Sequence record: NC_048045.1
Strand: one strand, 5' to 3'
Length of the DNA stretch: 64,000 bases
The first letter of the stretch is position 1. Each line of letters begins with the position of its first letter. Positions 45,556 to 52,337 of this stretch are shown piece by piece. The position numbers and the translations under genes were made by a program. The notes under the pieces are model-generated. The model was not told the DNA's origin and made no database searches. It worked only from the letters and a program-made list of their open reading frames with translations.

Positions 45556-45872
45556 GGCGCCTGCGTCATCGCCCGCATATCCGTCTCAAGCGGGTCATCA
45601 TGCAGATGAGCCAAGCTGCCGACGCAGCGCTGCTGCGGCGCGTCAACGGTGTCTGGATCGTCACCTCGCCGACCGGAGTTCACGGCCGCTATGCCGACGG
45701 TGAAGATGGGCCGACCCTGTCGTTTCACCTGGGCGACGCCACGCGCTTTCACCCCACGACCCTGGCCGCCCTCCTCGACATGGGCGCCTTGATCGCCGAG
45801 CCCTGCGCCTGGGACCAGCACAAGCAGATCATCGAATATCGGGTCCTGAAGATGGTTCATCGCCACTCATGA
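45552..45872 (+). CDS. hypothetical protein
   Basis: GTGA overlap; TTLAALLDMGAL. Confidence 0.7.
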   Translation: MRRLRHRPHIRLKRVIMQMSQAADAALLRRVNGVWIVTSPTGVHGRYADGEDGPTLSFHLGDATRFHPTTLAALLDMGALIAEPCAWDQHKQIIEYRVLKMVHRHS

Positions 45873-46201
45873 GCAGCGCCATCCATCGCCTTCGCAGCCT
45901 GCTCGACCACATCGAAAAGACCTTCCCGACGGCCGAGATCAGGCTGGAGCACCAGGGCGGCGACACCTACCGCGTGCGGGTCGTCGACTATGATGGCACG
46001 GCCCGCGTCGGCTTCTACAGCGACCGCGCCGCGCGCGCCTTCACCCGCGAACTGGTCACGCCTGGGCTTCAACGCCAAGGCATGCGCTTTCGCATCGGCA
46101 CGGTGCGCGACGCGCTCAAGCGCTGGCCCGCCGCCGTACTCACGCCCACGGCCTGGAACGAGTCGCTCAAGCCCATCGACTATCGGCTGGCGCTCGCATG
46201 A
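45869..46201 (+). CDS. hypothetical protein
   Basis: ATGA overlap. Confidence 0.75.
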   Translation: MSSAIHRLRSLLDHIEKTFPTAEIRLEHQGGDTYRVRVVDYDGTARVGFYSDRAARAFTRELVTPGLQRQGMRFRIGTVRDALKRWPAAVLTPTAWNESLKPIDYRLALA

Positions 46202-46530
46202 GGTCCGCCGGCGCCCAGTTCCTCGACGTGGTCAACGCCATCGGGCTCTACCCGGATGAGCGGGCCAACCTCCTGCATGTCGACGGCGATCGCTTCGTCC
46301 TGGAGGTTCCGCGCCGCGAGCGCTGGGGCATAGGCGGCGCGTTCGGCTACATCGCCCTGAGCCCGCGTGGGCATGTCGTGTACGTGGCACACCCGGCGCT
46401 GGCCAAGCCCTGGCGCCGGCGGACCTTTGAAGAGGCGGTGCGCACTTCGCCCGGCTGGCTGGCCCTGGAGGTCACGGCGATGGACCAGAACCACGTCCCT
46501 GTCGGCTACACGTTGAGGGCGGTGCGATGA
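46198..46530 (+). CDS. hypothetical protein
   Basis: ATGA overlap. Confidence 0.7.
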   Translation: MRSAGAQFLDVVNAIGLYPDERANLLHVDGDRFVLEVPRRERWGIGGAFGYIALSPRGHVVYVAHPALAKPWRRRTFEEAVRTSPGWLALEVTAMDQNHVPVGYTLRAVR

Positions 46531-46949
46531 GCAATGCGACCAAGCGTAGGAAGCTCCTGCGCTACACCCAGTTCGAGCGCGCCTATCGCGCGTTGCGCAT
46601 CCTGGCCCAGGACTATGCCGACCAAACCTGCGACGGCTTCCCAGGCCGCGTGACCCTGGAGCGCCGGGAGTTCGGGCGCTGGGTGTTCCACTGGGACGGC
46701 CTGCCAATGTGGGTCAACGACGACGCGGGCACGGTGCTGGTCGCGCGCGCCGAGTATGGCAAGCCGATCGCCCACTTCACCTCGCGCACCGTCCGGGTCA
46801 TGATCCTGGCCTCACGCGGCACGGTCCGCAGCCCAGGCCCCAACGCCTACAGCGAGCGCCAGCCGCTGGGCCTGCTGCTGCCCGAGGCCTGGGACGAGCA
46901 GGCGCGCGTGATCTGCTACCGCGTCCTGCCCTGCCGCTTCCCATTCTGA
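46527..46949 (+). CDS. hypothetical protein
   Basis: ATGA overlap. Confidence 0.7.
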   Translation: MSNATKRRKLLRYTQFERAYRALRILAQDYADQTCDGFPGRVTLERREFGRWVFHWDGLPMWVNDDAGTVLVARAEYGKPIAHFTSRTVRVMILASRGTVRSPGPNAYSERQPLGLLLPEAWDEQARVICYRVLPCRFPF

Positions 46950-47051
46950 CACCACTGTCGCGCGTAGCGACCGTCATGACGCTTGACACCGCCACAGGCG
47001 TCTATTAACCCTTCTCTCAACGTTAATCGGCTGGAAGAAATTGAGGTCTAG

Positions 47052-47153
47052 GGCGCCGCTTACCCGGCTCCCAGGCTGCGAAGCCCCCGGACCCCATAAG
47101 GGTGTCGCCCGGAGGCGCCGTAGGCGAAAGCCGAAAATTTCTCGATAAGAGAG
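47052..47153 (+). ncRNA. candidate structured 5' leader
   Basis: GGCGCC...GGCGCC closing stem, GGCT-GCGA-AGCC and GGC-GAAA-GCC GNRA hairpins, TCTC-GATAA-GAGA hairpin beside the RBS. Confidence 0.3.
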
Positions 47154-47166
47154 AAGGAATATACCA

Positions 47167-48297
47167 GTGCCCCGCTATAGCGTCGTCGACAAGTACGTCA
47201 AGGGCAAGCGCCTGACCCAGGCCCAGTTCCGCCGGCTGATCGTCGACACGGTCGGCAAGGTCAATGCCCTCTATCCCGACAGCGAGGGCGCGCGCGCCCG
47301 CCAGATCGCCGAAGCCCTCGGCGACCCCACGTGGCTGGAGGCCGACAACCTCCAGGTCCTGGCCCAGACCCTGGTGAACCTGCGCGGCCAAAAGCACCTC
47401 CACTCCCCGGCGCGCGGGGCCTACGTCGTCAACAAGAGCCGCACCGACATGGGGATGGACGTCCCCGAGCAGTTCGAGCGCATCTTCCACGAGACCCTCG
47501 TGGAGAACGGCGGCTTCGCCCAGACCAAGACCCTGATCGCCGCCCTGCGCGTGGACAAGGGGACCTACGGCGAGCGGGCCGCCGCCCGCGTCCTGGCCGG
47601 GAGCGATCTCTGCCAGCCCCACTTCACCGGATCGGTCTGGGCGCTGCGCAACCTCCCGCCCGAGGAACTCGCCCACATCCCCATGCTCGGCCGCTGGGTC
47701 AAGCTGCGCCTGCTCTACGCTTACCGCATGATCATGAGCGCCAAGAACCTCAAGGAGGTCGACGATCTGGCCGAGGCCGAAGCCAACCGCCACTTCAAGC
47801 GGGTCGGGTCGGCGTTCCGCCACGTGCTCGACATGATCGGCGCCGATCTGGTCGAGGAGATGCCCGACATGCCTCTCCTCGAAGAGGCCCTCGTCGAAAT
47901 GCTGGAGAAGCACCCCAACGCCGGCACGCTGCGGGTCGCCGCGACCGACCCCTACGAGACCTGGGGCGCTGAGTACGCCCGGCTGAAAGCCAAGGGCTGG
48001 ACCGACGCCGAGATCGACGACAAGCGCCAATCCGTCCTGGACGGCCTGCTCTTCACCATGTTCGACTGGTTCTGCGACGGCGACCCCTTCGCCCACGCGG
48101 TCGCGCCGATCGGCTTCTACACGGCCTTCGCCGACTTCGCCGGCCTGGACGCGGCGCAACTCAGCCGGGGGATCATGGAGTGGAACCTCCAGGAGACCTC
48201 ATGGATGAAGAGCCGCCTCGCCAAAGCGCCCGCCATCTGGGAGGCCTTCCCCGAGTACGCCGATTTGGCCGGCTCGGCGGAAAAGCAGGAAGCCTGA
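47167..48297 (+). CDS. hypothetical protein (376 aa), possible N-terminal wHTH
   Basis: GTG start after AAGGA; stand-alone gene; strong codon bias. Confidence 0.85.
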   Translation: MPRYSVVDKYVKGKRLTQAQFRRLIVDTVGKVNALYPDSEGARARQIAEALGDPTWLEADNLQVLAQTLVNLRGQKHLHSPARGAYVVNKSRTDMGMDVPEQFERIFHETLVENGGFAQTKTLIAALRVDKGTYGERAAARVLAGSDLCQPHFTGSVWALRNLPPEELAHIPMLGRWVKLRLLYAYRMIMSAKNLKEVDDLAEAEANRHFKRVGSAFRHVLDMIGADLVEEMPDMPLLEEALVEMLEKHPNAGTLRVAATDPYETWGAEYARLKAKGWTDAEIDDKRQSVLDGLLFTMFDWFCDGDPFAHAVAPIGFYTAFADFAGLDAAQLSRGIMEWNLQETSWMKSRLAKAPAIWEAFPEYADLAGSAEKQEA

Positions 48298-48300
48298 GCC

Positions 48301-48540
48301 TACCCCTCCTCTAGTTCAATAGCATGCTAGTTTTAAGGAGTATCTTATTAATAAGGCCTCTTAGGGGGAGAGGCCATCCACCCCTAACCTCTTTAGCAAA
48401 GTATGCTGTTTCTAATGAGTATCATATTAATCCATATCCACCTCTAACATAACTATCATTATATATATCATTCTTTCCTACTACTTGGGGGTATAGCTCC
48501 TCCTCTAACTGAAAAGGGTGAGTGGTTTGGTAGAGTTTTA
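48301..48540. other. AT-rich non-coding tract, candidate replication origin
   Basis: About 39% GC by hand count (25% in 48421-48480); (A/C)TCC(A/T)CC(C/T)CTAAC at 48376, 48436 and 48497. Confidence 0.45.
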
Positions 48541-48785
48541 GGAGAATAGGGCGGACAGTCTGAAAATCCCGCAGGGACCACCGCGATCGACGGTCCTACT
48601 CGGGAATACCCGGCGGCTCTACCTCGCCCTACCTGAGCGATCCCGTCGCCCGACCCGGAACAACGCCGGCCATACCCGAAACAACGCTCTGCCCTAGCCT
48701 GACCCCGATACCCAGTAGCCGGCGACGAGACGTCCAGCGCCCGGAGGGAGAGCGCAGCGATTTCAGTCCGCGTCGGCGGGGGAGT

Positions 48786-48814
48786 TGACAGTCGTGGTTA
48801 ACGACGCTAGATGT
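48786..48814 (+). promoter_or_regulatory. sigma70-type promoter for the ruvC-terS-terL unit
   Basis: TTGACA-17-TAGATG with GTCGT-GGTTA-ACGAC palindrome in the spacer; lacks GACGACAAC. Confidence 0.6.
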
Positions 48815-48893
48815 CGTGAATCTTGACATGCGGTGGTCTGCATGAGAGACATGGTTAACGAGATGGACCCACTTGGTCTCTCGGGAGCCGCTC

Positions 48894-49604
48894 ATGATCA
48901 CCGCCCCTACCCTGCGTTCGACCAACCCCCAAGACCCGCGCCCGACCCATGTCGACCGCGATGTCCAGGTGCTGGCCATCAGCACGGCCCTGCCGGCGAT
49001 CCTCGACTGGGCGCGCCTGCATCAGCCGGGCTTCGACGAGGCCCACGCCGAGCACGCCCTGATCATCGCCCTCGAACTGGGCGGCGCGGACGCCTTCCGC
49101 ATGGGGGTGGTGCTGGGCACGAAGTTCAACTGGCCGGTCGACTACACCCTGGTCCGGGCGATGAGCGCGGTGGTCGAGGCCCTGCCCACCGCCTACCGGG
49201 CGGTGACCGGCCGCTGGGTCGCCCGCACCGGCATCCGCTTCCCGGCCAAGGAAGGCGACACCATCGAGTTCTTCTCGGCCGCCGGCAAGCGCCTCGTTGG
49301 TAAGGTGGTGGGCGTGAGCGCCCTGACCGCCACCGCCTACGTCCAGCCCTCCAACGGGACCGAGTTCACCAATCCGCCGATCGAGATCGCCGCCGAGGCG
49401 GTGGTCGCCAACGTCACCCAGAACCGGTTCACGCCCGAGACCCCGATCCTGGGCGCGACCTACGTCGATGCGCCCGCCCTCGGCCGCGCCGCTGAAGCCG
49501 CCAGGGCCAAGATGACCGCCGGCGCGGCTTCGCCGAAGACCCCGCCGCCCTTCCCGCATCTCACCGACTTCCGGCCGGACCCTGACGGGCCGGCGATCGC
49601 CTAG
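48894..49604 (+). CDS. hypothetical protein
   Basis: GGGAG RBS before ATG 48894. Confidence 0.8.
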   Translation: MITAPTLRSTNPQDPRPTHVDRDVQVLAISTALPAILDWARLHQPGFDEAHAEHALIIALELGGADAFRMGVVLGTKFNWPVDYTLVRAMSAVVEALPTAYRAVTGRWVARTGIRFPAKEGDTIEFFSAAGKRLVGKVVGVSALTATAYVQPSNGTEFTNPPIEIAAEAVVANVTQNRFTPETPILGATYVDAPALGRAAEAARAKMTAGAASPKTPPPFPHLTDFRPDPDGPAIA

Positions 49605-49625
49605 GGACGCCCCGCGAGCACGACC

Positions 49626-49802
49626 ATGAGCCTTTCCTACATCGACGACCCCGAGGAGTGCATCAAGGACGCGCTCGACCTCGACCTGCACGAGGTGGCG
49701 GTGGTCTGCCGCGACGCGTCGGGCGAACTCTACGTCCTGACCAACATCAAGGGCCGGCGCCTGGAGCGCCTGATGGCCGACGGCGTGGATGTCACCGAAT
49801 GA
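49626..49802 (+). CDS. small hypothetical protein (58 aa, below the ORF-track cutoff)
   Basis: MSLSYIDDPEE...; fills gap, stop overlaps next ATG. Confidence 0.7.
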   Translation: MSLSYIDDPEECIKDALDLDLHEVAVVCRDASGELYVLTNIKGRRLERLMADGVDVTE

Positions 49803-50074
49803 TCGCCGCCCATCAACGCCCCTGCATGACGCCCGGCTGTCACTACCACATCCACGACAGCCCCGGCCGCATCCAGATCACCATCGACCTGCCGGCCGGC
49901 GTGTCGCTGAAGACCAACCAGCACGAGGTGCTGCACCTGATGGCCGAGATGGGCGTCGCCGCCGCGCTCACCAACGACGGGCAGGTCGACCGCGTCGATC
50001 TGACGGCCATCCGCCTGCATCAGGCCGCCTTTGAGCGGATCGAGGCCGAAGACAACCCTGGCGGTGGTGCATGA
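49799..50074 (+). CDS. hypothetical protein
   Basis: ATGA overlap. Confidence 0.7.
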   Translation: MIAAHQRPCMTPGCHYHIHDSPGRIQITIDLPAGVSLKTNQHEVLHLMAEMGVAAALTNDGQVDRVDLTAIRLHQAAFERIEAEDNPGGGA

Positions 50075-50586
50075 AGATCATCGGCGTCGACCCTGGCATC
50101 TCCGGCGGCGTGGTGATGCTCGACACCGAGGCCTGCCTGCTGACGGTCGCCGACATGCCCACCGAGCCCTCGACCAAGGGTCGCCGGCTCGCCTCATCGG
50201 CCCTGCTGACCGTCTTCCTGCATGACGTCCAGCCCGATCACATCTTCCTCGAAGAGGTCGGGGTTCGGCCCGGCGAGGGCGCGGTCGGGGCCTTCTCGTT
50301 CGGTCGCGGCCTGGGACGCCTGGAGGGCGTGGCCGCCGGCACCCAAACGGCCCTGACCACGGTCACCCCACAGGAGTGGAAGCGCGTCACCAAGACGCCG
50401 GCCGACAAGAAGCGCGCCATCGCCCGCGCCTACCAACTCTTCCCCCGCTGCGTGAAGCTCTTCCAGGGGCCGCGCGGAGGTGAAAAAGACGGGCGCGCCG
50501 AAGCCGCCCTGATCGCCTTCTATGGGGCGATGAAGCTCGGCGTCGTCCCCAAAGCCCCCATCGAACCGGCGGAGTTCCCGGCTTGA
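50071..50586 (+). CDS. ruvC: RuvC-like Holliday junction resolvase (phage type)
   Basis: IIGVDPG, IFLEEV, AFSFGRGLG, VTPQEWK and DGRAEAALIA motifs. Confidence 0.88.
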   Translation: MKIIGVDPGISGGVVMLDTEACLLTVADMPTEPSTKGRRLASSALLTVFLHDVQPDHIFLEEVGVRPGEGAVGAFSFGRGLGRLEGVAAGTQTALTTVTPQEWKRVTKTPADKKRAIARAYQLFPRCVKLFQGPRGGEKDGRAEAALIAFYGAMKLGVVPKAPIEPAEFPA

Positions 50587-51236
50587 CCCAGCCTCAGTAC
50601 CTGACGCGCACGCAGCTTCCCCGTCGGCGCCTCGCTCTTCGCCGGCTCCCCCATGGGCGGTCCGGGCCGATCCCGACCTATGACGGCGACTACTCGTTCA
50701 CCGCCGATCACCTGATCGACGATCCGCGCGAGCCCAACATCGTGCCGCTTGGCCTGCTGGACGCGCGCGGCGAGGAGTTGCTGAAGGTCCACATGCCCAT
50801 CAAGGTCAAAATGGGTTTCGCCCTGCCGCCGTCCGACCGCGACACCGCCGACGAGGTGGTCGCCTACGTGCCCGAGAGCCAGCTTATCGTCTCCGACATC
50901 GGCCTGGGCCAGGGCTACGTGACGCCCAAGGAAGCCGATGAGGCCGAAGACCTGGAAGCCGAAGACGACGAGGACGAGGAAGACGGCGAGACCACTGTGT
51001 CGATCCGCATCCCCGCCACCGAGGGCGTCATCGCCGCGCACGGCCTGATGCAGGCGGCGGCCGAGGCGGTCGCTGATCAGGTCACCGCCATGCACGTGGC
51101 CTTGACCCCCGAGGGCCTCATCGTCCTGCGCGGTCTGGCCTCGGCTCAGACCGATGCCTTGATCGCCTTCCTCCAGGCCGCTCACGCCGCGCGCCAGGAG
51201 GTGGAGAAGGAGCCGGCCGGTGGCGGACAAGCCTGA
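50583..51236 (+). CDS. hypothetical protein with acidic tract
   Basis: TTG start overlapping upstream stop; EADEAEDLEAEDDEDEEDGE. Confidence 0.8.
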   Translation: MTQPQYLTRTQLPRRRLALRRLPHGRSGPIPTYDGDYSFTADHLIDDPREPNIVPLGLLDARGEELLKVHMPIKVKMGFALPPSDRDTADEVVAYVPESQLIVSDIGLGQGYVTPKEADEAEDLEAEDDEDEEDGETTVSIRIPATEGVIAAHGLMQAAAEAVADQVTAMHVALTPEGLIVLRGLASAQTDALIAFLQAAHAARQEVEKEPAGGGQA

Positions 51237-51513
51237 CCTCACCAGCCGCGTGGGCGCGGCGCGTCATCACCGCGCCCACGACGCCGCGCTCGACGCCTCG
51301 GTCAACGCCTTCCATGAGGCGGTGCGGATGTACACGGGCCTGACCGCCCAGGTGGACCTCAAGAAGGTCCGCCCCGCCATCGTCGAGGACTACAGGCTGG
51401 GCGCGATCGCCGCGTTCGAAGCCCTGCTCGACAACATGAAGAACGCCAGCGACGCCCTGGCCATCCTCAACGCAGTGCGCGCGGCCGAACCGCCCAAGCG
51501 CCCGGAACTCTAA
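51220..51513 (+). CDS. hypothetical protein
   Basis: AAGGAG upstream of GTG. Confidence 0.75.
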   Translation: MADKPDLTSRVGAARHHRAHDAALDASVNAFHEAVRMYTGLTAQVDLKKVRPAIVEDYRLGAIAAFEALLDNMKNASDALAILNAVRAAEPPKRPEL

Positions 51514-51517
51514 ATCC

Positions 51518-52324
51518 ATGCCTCGCCTCGCCAATGACCGTCACGAGACCTACGCCCTGCTGCGCGCCAAGGGCATGAAGCCGCCCCAGGCCGCCCAGGG
51601 CGCCGGCTTCGTGGCGGGCTCGGCCGTCTACAGCGAACTGGAGAAGGACCCCGAGATCAAGGCCCGCGCCCAGGAACTGCTCGACGAGAACAACCTCAAG
51701 CGCGACCAGATGCGCACGGCCGCTCATGAGGCGGCCAAGGTCGTCGGGCAGATGAGCGGCGTGTCCAAGTCCTGGGTGCTTCAGAAGCTGGCCGAGAACG
51801 CCCAGATGGCGGCCCAGGATGGCGACTACAAGGAGAGCAACGCCGCCCTCAAGCTGATCGGCGACGAGTTCGGCATGTTCACCGGTGCGTCCGGCGAGGG
51901 TTCCGACCAAGGCGACGGCAAGCGCTCCTACGACCTCGACACCATGAGCGCCCTGCTCGACAAGGCCGCCGAGACCCTGCCCGCGCCGGCGCCCAAGGTC
52001 GACCCCAACGTCGCCTTCGACCTGATCGCCGGCCAAGGCGAGGCCGCCAAGCGCGCCCGCCAGAGCCGCGCCTTCTCCGACGGCGAGGAAGCCGACATGG
52101 CCTTCACCGAGGCGGCCGACATCGACGCCGTGCCCGACGGCCCCTGGTCGGGTCCCGCGCCCGAGGACTTCTTCTCCGAGGACGAGCCCGAGGCGATGGT
52201 CGGCGAATCGTTCGAGAAGATCGACCCCCAGACCTCTCCCGAAGAGATCATGGCCCGCATCGCGCAGGCCGACCAATCCCCGACTTCCAGCGACGATCGG
52301 CCCAAGCGCCGGTCCTCGCGCTGA
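51518..52324 (+). CDS. terS: putative terminase small subunit
   Basis: Directly upstream of terL; N-terminal HTH-like helix pair, ESNAALKLIGDEFGMF motif, acidic disordered tail. Confidence 0.65.
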   Translation: MPRLANDRHETYALLRAKGMKPPQAAQGAGFVAGSAVYSELEKDPEIKARAQELLDENNLKRDQMRTAAHEAAKVVGQMSGVSKSWVLQKLAENAQMAAQDGDYKESNAALKLIGDEFGMFTGASGEGSDQGDGKRSYDLDTMSALLDKAAETLPAPAPKVDPNVAFDLIAGQGEAAKRARQSRAFSDGEEADMAFTEAADIDAVPDGPWSGPAPEDFFSEDEPEAMVGESFEKIDPQTSPEEIMARIAQADQSPTSSDDRPKRRSSR

Positions 52325-52337
52325 CCACTGAACGTCT

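Noticed and set aside
47074-47119. Resemblance to the c-di-GMP-I (GEMM) riboswitch segment GCAAAGCCUCCGG
   Set aside because: The upstream P1/P2 elements and the tetraloop receptor were not found; kept only as a generic structured leader
48541-48785. tRNA or other RNA gene in the C-rich intergenic gap
   Set aside because: No cloverleaf, TTC-type T-loop or CCA end could be built by eye; tRNAscan/Infernal not run
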